Origin: Thermoplasmata archaeon
GTDB lineage: Archaea; Thermoplasmatota; Thermoplasmata; Lutacidiplasmatales; UBA184
NCBI GenBank assembly: GCA_035502455.1
Contig: DATJUI010000011.1
Location: forward strand, 15,951-79,950
Length of the DNA: 64,000 nucleotides
Reading direction: 5' to 3'
This document shows positions 49,476-58,755 of this stretch, piece after piece. The position numbers and the translations under genes were made by a program. The number at the start of each line of letters is the position of its first letter. Position 1 is the first letter of the stretch. The notes under the pieces were generated by a model. It searched no databases and was not told the origin of the DNA. It was given only the letters and a program-made list of their open reading frames with translations.

Positions 49476-49862
49476 CTAGGTGAGCCATCGGGCGAGGGCG
49501 GCCGCCGATTCCTCGGGGCGGGCCATCAGCGATCGGACGCCCTCCAGCAACTGGCCCGGCACGAGCGGGAGGTTGAATCGTCGCGCGGCCGGCAGACGCC
49601 CGACCAACGGATCCCGGGACCCCACCACCACGAGGGCGACCCGGGGAAGCTCCCCCCGGAAGTACCGGCGCGCGGTCGTACAGAAGTACCCGCTCGCGGC
49701 GGCGATCACGACGGAGTGGCGGTGCCCGATCGACGGGAGCGGACCGTCCGCCTCGACGTCGGCCACGAACGTCGCCGGCAGTTCCGCCGCCTCGAGCAGG
49801 TCGACGATCGACCGGCCGAGGCTCGGGGTCTCCCCCACGACGAGGACGCTCCGGGGCTGCAT
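49476..49862 (-). CDS. Degenerate receiver-like (pseudo-REC) protein
   Basis: 128 aa, VLVVGE.....SI..LL alpha/beta pattern and LPL...QLL..VR end; lacks DD, phospho-Asp and KP; divergent from the kinase. Confidence 0.55.
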   Translation of the reverse strand: MQPRSVLVVGETPSLGRSIVDLLEAAELPATFVADVEADGPLPSIGHRHSVVIAAASGYFCTTARRYFRGELPRVALVVVGSRDPLVGRLPAARRFNLPLVPGQLLEGVRSLMARPEESAAALARWLT

Positions 49863-49982
49863 CGCAGCCGAACGACCGCGGAAGGGGAGGATATGGTCGT
49901 GGTCAGGCCGGCTTGACCTCGGAGGAGCGCGCGCGCCGGCGACAGCGAGAATAGGACGTCCCGCTATCCACGGGGACCGGGG

Positions 49983-51503
49983 ATGACGTCCGCGGTGGAT
50001 CCACTGGGCAACGACGACCGCGTCGACCTGTTCGACGTGCTGCCCGTGGGGGTCGCGTTCCTCCGGGCTCCCGGCACGATCGAGTGGGCGAACCCCGCCT
50101 ACTTCGAGATCACCGGACGGGGGCGCGCGTCGCTCGGCACGGACTTTCACGATATCCGGGAGACCGATGGGACCTGGTCCGGCCCCGTCCGGGACGCGGT
50201 CGACGCGGCGCTCCGGGACGGGACCGCCGCGTCGTTCCTCTCCGTACGCGCGCGCCATCGGTCCTCACCGGGCGGCATCTACCTCGACGTCGACGTCCGC
50301 CCCTTGCCCGCGCGGGGGCAAGGGCCCGCGCGCGCCCTGCTGCTCGTCCGGGACGTCACCGACCGCGTCGAGCAGCACCGACGCTCGGTCCTGTTCTACG
50401 CCGCGTTCCGGACCTCGACCAACCCGATGCAATTGACGGACGCCGACGGGATCATGGTCGACGTGAACCCCGCGTTCGAGGCGATCTACGGCTACTCCCG
50501 GACCGAGTGCATCGGGAAGAAGCCGAACCTTGTCCGGAGCCGGCACACCCCGCCCGAGATCTACCGGCGGATGTGGGCCGACCTGACCGATCCCGCACGA
50601 GGATACTGGGCAGGGGAGCTGCTCAACCGCGATCGGAAGGGTCGCGAGCGGCCGGTCTTCCTCACGATCACGGCGATCCGGGACGAGTCGGGCACCGTGA
50701 CCCACTACCTCGGCGTCGCCGTCGATCGGTCCGAGCAGCGTAGTTGGGAGCTGCGAGCGGCCCACGCCGACAAGCTCGCGTCGGTCGGCCAGCTGGCCGC
50801 CGGGGTCGCCCACGAGATCAACACCCCGCTCGCCAACGTGATGCTGGTCGCCGAGAGCCTGCGACGGCGCACGCAGGACCCGTGGGTGCTCGCGCGGCTC
50901 GCGACGATGACCGACCAGGTCGAGGCGGCGGCCCGCATCGTGCGCAGCCTGCTCGACTTCGCGCGCCGCACCGAACCCGAGATCGTCGACCTCGATCTCG
51001 CGGACGTGGTGCGCGACTCCCTCGACTTCGTCCGGGGCAAGCAGTCCGCCGATGTCGAGATCGAGGAGAGCTACCCGGACGGGCCGGTGCCGATCTCGGC
51101 GGACCGGGGCCAGCTCATGCAGGTCTTCACGAACATCGTGAACAACGCCTTCGATGCCATGCACGGGAAGGGGCTGCTCAAGATGAGCCTGCGCCGGCAC
51201 GGGAAATGGGCCGAGCTCGAGTTCGTCGACTCCGGGCCCGGGATCCCGGTCGAGGCGCTCCCCCACATCTTCGAGCCGTTCTACACCACCAAGCCCGAGG
51301 GGGAGGGGACGGGCCTCGGCCTCGCGATCTGCCACGGTATCGTGCAGTCGCACCACGGTTCGATCACCGCGCGGAACGTGCCGGGAGCCGGTGCCGGGTT
51401 CCTCGTCGCGCTGCCGCTGCGGGGGGAGCCGGATCCCGCGCCGGTCCGCGAGCCGGAGGGCCGCCGGACCGGGACGACCCGACGGGCCGAGGGCAAAACC
51501 TAA
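49983..51503 (+). CDS. Cytoplasmic PAS-PAS histidine kinase
   Basis: Two PAS domains; AHEINTPL H box; NIVNNAFDA; DSGPGI; FEPFYTTK; GTGLGL. Confidence 0.95.
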   Translation: MTSAVDPLGNDDRVDLFDVLPVGVAFLRAPGTIEWANPAYFEITGRGRASLGTDFHDIRETDGTWSGPVRDAVDAALRDGTAASFLSVRARHRSSPGGIYLDVDVRPLPARGQGPARALLLVRDVTDRVEQHRRSVLFYAAFRTSTNPMQLTDADGIMVDVNPAFEAIYGYSRTECIGKKPNLVRSRHTPPEIYRRMWADLTDPARGYWAGELLNRDRKGRERPVFLTITAIRDESGTVTHYLGVAVDRSEQRSWELRAAHADKLASVGQLAAGVAHEINTPLANVMLVAESLRRRTQDPWVLARLATMTDQVEAAARIVRSLLDFARRTEPEIVDLDLADVVRDSLDFVRGKQSADVEIEESYPDGPVPISADRGQLMQVFTNIVNNAFDAMHGKGLLKMSLRRHGKWAELEFVDSGPGIPVEALPHIFEPFYTTKPEGEGTGLGLAICHGIVQSHHGSITARNVPGAGAGFLVALPLRGEPDPAPVREPEGRRTGTTRRAEGKT

Positions 51504-51518
51504 GGCCCGCGCCACCGG

Positions 51519-52604
51519 TTGCCCGGCGTGCGCATCCTGGTGGTGGACGACGACGCGGTCTTCCGAGAGGAGCTCGGCGAGCTCCTGACCGACGAGGGCC
51601 ACTCCGTCGCGGTCGCCCCGTCGGTGCCGAAGGCCGAGGAGTTCCTCTCGGGGGCCGAGGTCGACGTCGTCCTCACCGACCTCAAGATGCCCCGGCACGG
51701 GGGTCTCGAACTGCTCCGCCTGGTGCGGGAGCGCTGGCCGCGCACCCTGGTCGTCGTCGTGACCGGGTTCGCGACCGTCGAGACCGCGATCGACGCCATG
51801 AAGCTGGGCGCGTTCGACTACGTACGGAAGCCGTTCCGGATCGAGCAGGTCCGCGAGACGCTGCAGCTCGCCGCCCAGGAACGTTCGTTCGACACCCCTT
51901 CGGAGACCCGGCGCGACCCCGTCCGGGAGGCGCGGGCGCTGGCGGAGTCGGGGAAGTACGAGGTGTTGTTCCTCGGCGCGGCGGGTCCGGAGCCGGCGCC
52001 CCACCTCTCGGTCGCCGACTTCGACCCGGCCGATCCGGCCGCCCTCGTCGAGCGGGCGGAGGCGTTCGTCCGGGACCACGCCAACGCCGCGGTCGTGGTG
52101 TCGGGCGTCGAACGGCTCCTCGCGACGCACCGGCTCGAGGACATCGTCGCCGCCCTCGACCGGTTGCGCACGGACCTCGCGGCTCACGGGCCCCTGCGGG
52201 TCGGCTTCAACCCGCGTCGGGTGACCCGATCCGCCGCGACCGCGCTCGGCGCGGCGGTCTCCGCCGACGAGACCCACGGGACCCTCGAGGCGCTCGCGAA
52301 CCCGATCCGGCGCAAGGTCCTGCAGCGGCTCGCGGACGGGCCGGCCTCGTTCGGGGAGGCGATGGCAGCCGCCGGGCTCGACGACTCCCCCAAGATGTCG
52401 TTCCACCTGCGACGGCTCACCGAGAGCGGCCTCATCCTCCACGAGGGCGAGGTCTACCGGCTCACGGGCCGGGGCGCCGCGAGCGTACGACTCCTCGCGG
52501 ACGCCGCGTTCCTCCCGCCGGTCGGCGACGACGCGAACCTCGCCTTCCCCGGGCGGCGCTCCTCGGCCGGCGACCCGAGCCCGGACGCCGCGCATCGACG
52601 GTAG
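51519..52604 (+). CDS. Response regulator: REC + DUF835-like + winged-helix domain
   Basis: VVDDD, TDLKMP, TG, KPF; C-terminal ALANPIRRKVL...SFHLRRL...YRLT. Confidence 0.88.
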   Translation: MPGVRILVVDDDAVFREELGELLTDEGHSVAVAPSVPKAEEFLSGAEVDVVLTDLKMPRHGGLELLRLVRERWPRTLVVVVTGFATVETAIDAMKLGAFDYVRKPFRIEQVRETLQLAAQERSFDTPSETRRDPVREARALAESGKYEVLFLGAAGPEPAPHLSVADFDPADPAALVERAEAFVRDHANAAVVVSGVERLLATHRLEDIVAALDRLRTDLAAHGPLRVGFNPRRVTRSAATALGAAVSADETHGTLEALANPIRRKVLQRLADGPASFGEAMAAAGLDDSPKMSFHLRRLTESGLILHEGEVYRLTGRGAASVRLLADAAFLPPVGDDANLAFPGRRSSAGDPSPDAAHRR

Positions 52605-52764
52605 CGCGCCCCCTCGCGATCCCACCCGGAAGCGGCGCGGGGCGGACCCGCGACCTCGATCCGGGGCCCGCACCGCCCCCGGGCGCCCCGGCCGTTATGC
52701 CACCCGCTCCCCTTCCGGAACCGATGGGGCCGTCGGGTCGCGGAGGGTCGGGAGGAACTGCGCG

Positions 52765-53733
52765 ATGGCGCTGATCGTCGAGTACCTCCTCGTCGCCGCC
52801 TCGCTGGGATTCGCGTTCAGCATCGGCGCGCACTACACGGGGGCGTGCATGGGCATGCCGTACGCCGCGGGCGCGATCCGGCCGGGCGCGGCGCTCCTCC
52901 TGATGGCGCCCCTCGCGTTCGTGGGCGCCGCGCTCGCGAGCGGCGGCGTGGAGGCGACGGTGGGCCACGGCATCCTCCGCGCGACGACCGTCGCGCTCGG
53001 CCTCGCCCTCGCGATCGTCGCGAGCGCGCTCGTCCTCACGAGCACCTACAACTTCGTCCGGGTGCCGACCTCGACGATCCAGATCCTCGTCTTCTCGACG
53101 GTCGGCGCCGGGCTCGCCGCGGGGGTCGGCATCGCGTGGTCGACGATCGGGACGCTCGTCGTCCTGTGGGCGATCGCGCCGTTCGCCGCGTTCGGCCTCG
53201 GCTTCCTGTTCGTCCGGCTGGCGGATCGGATCCGGGCCCCGGGTCCCCGGGCGGTCCGGCTGGGCCAGGGTGCGGTCGCCGGCCTCGTCGGGGTCGGCGC
53301 GGCGGCGTCGTTCGCGATGGGAGCGAACGACGTGGCGAACGCCTCGGGCGCGCTCGTGATGACCGGGCTGTTCGGGCTCGTCGCGGCCGGGGTGATCGGG
53401 GGGGCCGGCATCGCCGTCGGGGTGCTGACCTGGGGCCGGCCGCTCCTCAAGACGGTGGCGTTCGACGTGGTCGCGCTCTCGCCGCGCATGGCGATCAGCG
53501 CGCAGCTCGCCCAGGCGACGGTGATCCTCGTCTCGGTCGCGTTCGGGCTGTTCACGTCGATGAACCAGGCGCTCGTCGGCGCGATGATCGGGACGGGTCT
53601 AGCGCGCGGGGAGCGCACCGTCCAGTGGCGGACCGTCCGGGGGATCCTGACGGGCTGGGCGCTCGGACCGGTCTCGGGCCTCGCGCTCGGGTTCGCGCTC
53701 ACGGCCGTGCTGGTGCGGGCGGGAATCGCCTAG
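52765..53733 (+). CDS. PiT-family inorganic phosphate/anion transporter
   Basis: GAHYTGA (variant first signature), PTST, GANDVAN, multi-TM. Confidence 0.85.
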   Translation: MALIVEYLLVAASLGFAFSIGAHYTGACMGMPYAAGAIRPGAALLLMAPLAFVGAALASGGVEATVGHGILRATTVALGLALAIVASALVLTSTYNFVRVPTSTIQILVFSTVGAGLAAGVGIAWSTIGTLVVLWAIAPFAAFGLGFLFVRLADRIRAPGPRAVRLGQGAVAGLVGVGAAASFAMGANDVANASGALVMTGLFGLVAAGVIGGAGIAVGVLTWGRPLLKTVAFDVVALSPRMAISAQLAQATVILVSVAFGLFTSMNQALVGAMIGTGLARGERTVQWRTVRGILTGWALGPVSGLALGFALTAVLVRAGIA

Positions 53734-54779
53734 GGGACCGCCGGGCGCACTCGGCCGCCCCGCAATGCGTCGAAGGCGACGACGAGGACGCGCACCGAAC
53801 GGCGGAGCTCGGCCTCCGAGAGGACCTCCCGGTCGGTGTGGTCGAGTCGGGCGTCCCCCGGGCCATAGGCCACGCCCGGCACGTTCCAGGCCGGTCCGAC
53901 GAGGTTGAGGTCGGACGTGCCGGACTTCCGCCACAGGGTCGGGCGGCCGCCCGCGGCACGGATCCCGGCGAGCACCGCCACGGCGACCGGGTCGGTGCGG
54001 GAGCATTCGAACGGCTCGATCCGGACGACGGTCGTCAGGCGGGGCCGGCCGGGCTCGCGGGGCAGGCAGCGGAGCACGTCGGCGGTGGAGCGGCCGGGGG
54101 GAATCCGGAGGTCGAGGACGACCCGCACCGCTTCCGCGCCGGCCCGCCGACGGGTCTCGACCGCGAGCGCCTTCACGGAGAGCGTGCGGAACGGCGACTC
54201 CCCGCCCAGTCCCCCGGCCACCGTCCGCACCGCCCCGATCCAGGCGACCGCGACATCCGTGGCGGTCGGCCACGGCGAGGCGTAGTGCGTCCGGTGGCCC
54301 CGGAACTCCGCCTCGATCTGGAGCTCGCCCTTGTAGCCGATCGTCACCCCGTCCCAGCCGCTCGGTTCGCCGGCGATCACCGCGTCCGGTCGGAGCCGGG
54401 GGATCAGGTAGCGCGCGCCGCGGCTGTCCGTCTCCTCGCCGACGGCCGCGACGACCACGATCTCGCCGGGACCGTGCGAACGGGCGCCGGCCAGGAGCGC
54501 CGCCGCGATGGGGCCCTTCGCGTCGACCGCCCCGCGGCCGTGCACGCGGCCGCGCTCCCGCCGGACCGGACGCTCCCCGTCGACCGTGTCGATGTGGCCG
54601 AGGAAGACGACCCGAGGGCGCCCCGCCCCCCGGCGCGCGAGGCCGTTGCCCGCCGGATCGACGCGGGCCGCGTATCCGAGCTCCCGCGCGAGGCGGACGA
54701 ACTCCGCGACCGCGGGTGCCTCGCGGCCGGACGGGGAGTAGCGACCGACGAGCCGCGCCAGCACGGCGCCCTCATCCAC
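53730..54779 (-). CDS. lysK: [LysW]-lysine/ornithine hydrolase (M20)
   Basis: GHIDTV, GRGAVDAKG, GEE, GEPS, KSGTSD.N, YGPGD..LDHT. Confidence 0.9.
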   Translation of the reverse strand: MDEGAVLARLVGRYSPSGREAPAVAEFVRLARELGYAARVDPAGNGLARRGAGRPRVVFLGHIDTVDGERPVRRERGRVHGRGAVDAKGPIAAALLAGARSHGPGEIVVVAAVGEETDSRGARYLIPRLRPDAVIAGEPSGWDGVTIGYKGELQIEAEFRGHRTHYASPWPTATDVAVAWIGAVRTVAGGLGGESPFRTLSVKALAVETRRRAGAEAVRVVLDLRIPPGRSTADVLRCLPREPGRPRLTTVVRIEPFECSRTDPVAVAVLAGIRAAGGRPTLWRKSGTSDLNLVGPAWNVPGVAYGPGDARLDHTDREVLSEAELRRSVRVLVVAFDALRGGRVRPAVP

Positions 54780-55932
54780 GGCCGATCACCTCGCCGATCG
54801 CTTCGAGCGCGCGGTCCCACTCGGCCTCCTGGATGACGAGGGGCGGGAGGAGGCGGACGACGGACGGTCCGGCGGGGATCGCGAGGAAACCGCGGCGCTC
54901 GAGCTCGGCGAGGACGGGCGCCGCCCGGTCGCGGAGCTCGATGCCGATCAGGAGCCCGAGCCCCCGCACCTCCCGCACCCGGCTCGGAGGGAGCTCGGCG
55001 AGGCGCGACCGCGCGATCGCCCCGAGGCGTTCGGCGCGCTCGGGGAGGTGGTCGCGGAGCGTCATCTCGAGCGCGGCGATCCCGGCGGCGCAGGCGAGCG
55101 GGTTGCCGCCGAACGTGGAGTGGTGGCTCCCGCGGAACCGGGCCTCGAGGTCGCGGCGGGTGACGGTCGCGCCGATCGGCACGCCGCCCGCGAGCGACTT
55201 CGCGAGCAACAGGACGTCCGGAACGATCCCCCAGCGCTCGAAGGCGAACAGGCGTCCGGTCCGCCCGATCCCGGTCTGGACCTCGTCGAACGCGAGGAGC
55301 GCGCCGGTCCGGTCGGCCGCGGCCCGCGCGGCGGCCAGGAACTCGGGGGTCGCCACGTGGACGCCGCCCTCGCCCTGCACGGGCTCGAGCAGGATCATCG
55401 CGGTCGCGTCCGTGACGGCCGCCTCGAGCGCCGCCGCGTCGTTGAACGGCACGTGCCGAAAGCCGGGCACCAGCGGTTCGAACGGTTCGCGCAGCTCCTT
55501 GCGCCAGGTCGCGCTGAGGGCCCCCAGGGTGCGGCCGTGGAACCCGCGCATCGCGGCGACGATCTCGCGACGGCCCGTCGACCCGCGGGCGATCTTGAGC
55601 GCGGTCTCGACCGCCTCGGTCCCCGAGTTCGACAGGAAGACCCGGTCGAACGACGGCGGCAGGAGTCCGAGCAGCTTGCCAAGGAACTCCGTCCGGACGG
55701 GCGACCGGTAGCCGCTCCCCAGGTAGAGGAGCTCGTGGGCCTGCCGCTCGATCGCCCGGACGACGTCGGGCGGCGACCCGCCCAGGTTTCCGACCCCGTG
55801 CGTCGCGCCGAGGTCGACGTACCGCCGGCCCGCGTCGTCCCAGAGATACTCGCCCGAGGCGCGGACGAGCGAGATCGGGCGCTGGCCGCCCGCCCCGAAC
55901 TCGTGCGGTCCCCCGGGGGCCGGGGCGCTCAC
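54772..55932 (-). CDS. lysJ: [LysW]-aminoadipate/glutamate semialdehyde transaminase
   Basis: NSGTEA, FHGRT, EPVQGEGG, DEVQTG.GRTG, AKSLAGG, TFGGNP. Confidence 0.9.
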   Translation of the reverse strand: MSAPAPGGPHEFGAGGQRPISLVRASGEYLWDDAGRRYVDLGATHGVGNLGGSPPDVVRAIERQAHELLYLGSGYRSPVRTEFLGKLLGLLPPSFDRVFLSNSGTEAVETALKIARGSTGRREIVAAMRGFHGRTLGALSATWRKELREPFEPLVPGFRHVPFNDAAALEAAVTDATAMILLEPVQGEGGVHVATPEFLAAARAAADRTGALLAFDEVQTGIGRTGRLFAFERWGIVPDVLLLAKSLAGGVPIGATVTRRDLEARFRGSHHSTFGGNPLACAAGIAALEMTLRDHLPERAERLGAIARSRLAELPPSRVREVRGLGLLIGIELRDRAAPVLAELERRGFLAIPAGPSVVRLLPPLVIQEAEWDRALEAIGEVIGRG

Positions 55933-56723
55933 TCGAACACCGTCCCCTCGCCGCGCAGGGCCCGCGCGACCGGCTCCGGGCCCGACGAGCCGGCGATGAC
56001 GACCCGGCCGACCCCCGCTTCGAGCGCGTCGCGGGCGGCGAGCACCTTCTTGCGCATCCGGCCCGCGGCGAGCGGAACGACCGACTCGATCTCGGTGCGG
56101 GCGACGTGGGGGATGCGGGTCGCCGGGTCGTCCTTGTTCCGCAGGAGGCCGGGGACGTTGGTCAGCAGCACCAGGGTCTCCGCCCCGAGGGCGCCCGCGA
56201 CCGCCGCCGCGGCCCGGTCGGCGTCGACGTTCACCACCTCGCCCTGAGGGGTCACGGCGGGCGGGCCCACCACGGGGACCCAGCCGGCGTCGAGCAGGAG
56301 GCGCAGAAGATCGGCCCGCACGTGCTCGATCGATCCGGATCGGTCGTCCCGCAGCACGACGACCCGGCCGTCCTCGACCGCCCGGGCCCCCTCCTTGCGG
56401 CGGGCGGTCAGGAGGCCCCCGTCGACGCCCGAAAGCCCGACCGCCCGGACGCCGAGACCGGTCAAGCGGGCCACGATCTCGGTTTGGACCGCTCCCGGGA
56501 GGGCGAGGACCAGGACCTCCAGGTGGTCCGGGTCGCTCTTGCGCGAGACGACCCCGCTCGGCGAGGTGTAGTACTGGGCCGGGCGGCCGAGGGCGGCGCC
56601 GAGGCGATCGACCTCGCTCGATCCGCCGTGGACGAGGACGTAGTCGGTCCGGTGGGCGAGCTCCTCGAGGACCGGCTGGAGCTCGTTCCCCGCGGCGCCC
56701 CCGACCTTGACGACGAGCGTCAT
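55929..56723 (-). CDS. lysZ: [LysW]-aminoadipate/glutamate kinase
   Basis: VVKVGG, VHGGS, SPSG..SR, GLSGVDG, NVDADR, MRKK. Confidence 0.9.
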   Translation of the reverse strand: MTLVVKVGGAAGNELQPVLEELAHRTDYVLVHGGSSEVDRLGAALGRPAQYYTSPSGVVSRKSDPDHLEVLVLALPGAVQTEIVARLTGLGVRAVGLSGVDGGLLTARRKEGARAVEDGRVVVLRDDRSGSIEHVRADLLRLLLDAGWVPVVGPPAVTPQGEVVNVDADRAAAAVAGALGAETLVLLTNVPGLLRNKDDPATRIPHVARTEIESVVPLAAGRMRKKVLAARDALEAGVGRVVIAGSSGPEPVARALRGEGTVFE

Positions 56724-56727
56724 CGGC

Positions 56728-57753
56728 CTAGATCGGGTGCAGGCCCGGGAACGTGAGCCCCCGCGCCTCGGGAAAGCCCATCCGCACGTTGAGGCTTTGC
56801 ACGGCGCCGCCGGCCGCGCCCTTCACGAGGTTATCGAGCGCCGCGAGGGCGACGATCCGGCCCCCGTGCGGATCGGTCGCGAATCCGACGTCGCAGAAGT
56901 TGGACCCCGAGAGGATCTTGGGATCCGGCTCCCGGTGGATCCCGTCGGACTCGTGGACGAGCCGGACGAACGGCTCGGCCCCGTACGTGGCGCGGTACGT
57001 CCGCCAGAGCTCCTTCTCCTCCACGGGCCGATCGACGAACCCGTGCACGGTCGCGAGGACCCCCCGCACCGCCTCGACCGCGTGGCACGAGAGCGCGATC
57101 CGGGCGCCGGTCTCCTGCTCGATCTCGGCGGTGTGGCGGTGCCCGGCCGGGGCGTACGCGCGCATGACGCCCGAGCGCTCGGCGTGCTGCCCGGCGGGTC
57201 CGGCGTCCCGGCCGCTCGCCGAGGAGCCGCTCTTCGCGTCGATAACGATCCGCTCGCGCGCGACGAGGCCGGCCGCCACGAGCGGACGCGCGGCCAGGAT
57301 CGACGCGGTCGCGATGCAACCGGGCACGGCGATCAGTCGGGCGGTCCGCAGACGCTCCCGGTAGATCTCGGGAAGGCCGAGGACGCTCTCGGCCAGGCGC
57401 TCGGGGTGCGGGTGCGTCCGGTGGTAGTACCGTTCGTACGCCGCCGGGTCCTTGAGCCGATGGTCCGCCGAGAGGTCGACGAGGAGCCCGCCCGACGCCC
57501 ACAGCTCGTCGACCCGGTCCATCGCCTCCCCGTGCGGGGTCGCGAGGAACGTCACGTCCGCGGCGCGCAGCGCGCTCGGCGGGGCGAAGACGAGGTCGGT
57601 CGCCTTCCGCAGGTTCGGATGCGCCCGGGTCACGGCCTTCCCGGGCATCGAAGCCGAGACGACCTGGGCGACCTCGACGTCGGAATGGCCGAGCAGTAGC
57701 CGGAGCAGCTCGCCGCCCACGTACCCCGAGCCGCCGACGATCGTCGCCTTCAT
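56728..57753 (-). CDS. lysY: [LysW]-aminoadipate/glutamate phosphate reductase (ArgC family)
   Basis: GGSGYVGGE, DLSAD.R, PGCIAT, HRH.AEI, DNLVKGAAG. Confidence 0.92.
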   Translation of the reverse strand: MKATIVGGSGYVGGELLRLLLGHSDVEVAQVVSASMPGKAVTRAHPNLRKATDLVFAPPSALRAADVTFLATPHGEAMDRVDELWASGGLLVDLSADHRLKDPAAYERYYHRTHPHPERLAESVLGLPEIYRERLRTARLIAVPGCIATASILAARPLVAAGLVARERIVIDAKSGSSASGRDAGPAGQHAERSGVMRAYAPAGHRHTAEIEQETGARIALSCHAVEAVRGVLATVHGFVDRPVEEKELWRTYRATYGAEPFVRLVHESDGIHREPDPKILSGSNFCDVGFATDPHGGRIVALAALDNLVKGAAGGAVQSLNVRMGFPEARGLTFPGLHPI

Positions 57754-58601
57754 CGCCGGCCGACCCGAACGGCGTAGTCGACGATCGGCCCCGCGATGTC
57801 GATCCCTGTGGCCCCGCCGAGCGCCTTGAACTCCGGCGTCGGATTGACCTCGAGCACGAGCGGCCCCCGCGGCGACTCGATCACATCGACCGCGAGCACG
57901 CCCCCGCCCATCGCCTCGGCCGCGCGCAGCGCGAGCTCGCGGAGCTCGGGGGTCACCTCCGCGGCCTCGGCGGTGGCCCCCCGGGCGGCGTTCGTCCGCC
58001 AAGCGGTCGAGCGCCGGTACATCGCGGCCACGACCTGCGGCCCGATCACGAAGAGGCGCAGGTCCCGGTCGGGCTTCGCGACGTACTCCTGCACGTAGAA
58101 CACGGAGTGGATCGGGGCGCCGAGGGCGGCCTTGTGCTCGAGGATCTGCTCGGCTTCCTCGGCGTCGTCGACCTTCGCCATCAGTCGGCCCCAGGACCCG
58201 ACCGCGGGCTTGAGCACCGCCGGATACCCGATCCGTTCGATCGCGGTGATCGCCGCCTCGGGCGAGAGCGCAATCTCGGTCCGCGGAACCGGGATCCCGC
58301 GCGCGCGCAGCCGCAGGGACGCCAGGATCTTGTCGCCCGCCAGCTCGACGACCTCGGGGGCGTTGACCGTCGGAACCCCGTAGTGGGCGAAGCATCGGGT
58401 CGCGTAGACCGACCGCGTGTGGCTGACCGAGCGGTTGAGGACGACGTTCGGGAGATCCGCCGGGGGGTCCAGCCCGAACGTCACGACGCTGTCGTCGTAC
58501 CGCTCGACCGAAACCCCCCGAGCCTCGGCCGCCCCGAGGATCGCCTTTTCCTCCGGGCGGATGATCGTGTAGAAGATCCCGAGACGGAACCCGTCACTCA
58601 C
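57750..58601 (-). CDS. lysX: LysX/ArgX ATP-grasp LysW ligase
   Basis: GDK, KPAVGSWGRL, FYVQEYV.KP.RD, WRTNAARG, EVNPTPEFK. Confidence 0.92.
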   Translation of the reverse strand: MSDGFRLGIFYTIIRPEEKAILGAAEARGVSVERYDDSVVTFGLDPPADLPNVVLNRSVSHTRSVYATRCFAHYGVPTVNAPEVVELAGDKILASLRLRARGIPVPRTEIALSPEAAITAIERIGYPAVLKPAVGSWGRLMAKVDDAEEAEQILEHKAALGAPIHSVFYVQEYVAKPDRDLRLFVIGPQVVAAMYRRSTAWRTNAARGATAEAAEVTPELRELALRAAEAMGGGVLAVDVIESPRGPLVLEVNPTPEFKALGGATGIDIAGPIVDYAVRVGRR

Positions 58602-58755
58602 CCCAGTCCTCGGCCTCTTTCGGGGCAGGCTGGACCAGGAACGGGTCCGTACCGAGCACTTCGAGCTCGGTCCCGCAGTCCGGGCAGGGGAATACCTCGC
58701 CCAACACCATGTTGTGGCTTTCGACGATCGCTTCGCACTCCGGGCACTGGGTCAT
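58594..58755 (-). CDS. lysW: Amino-group carrier protein LysW
   Basis: 53 aa, CPEC...CPDCG zinc ribbon, C-terminal EDWGE. Confidence 0.96.
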   Translation of the reverse strand: MTQCPECEAIVESHNMVLGEVFPCPDCGTELEVLGTDPFLVQPAPKEAEDWGE

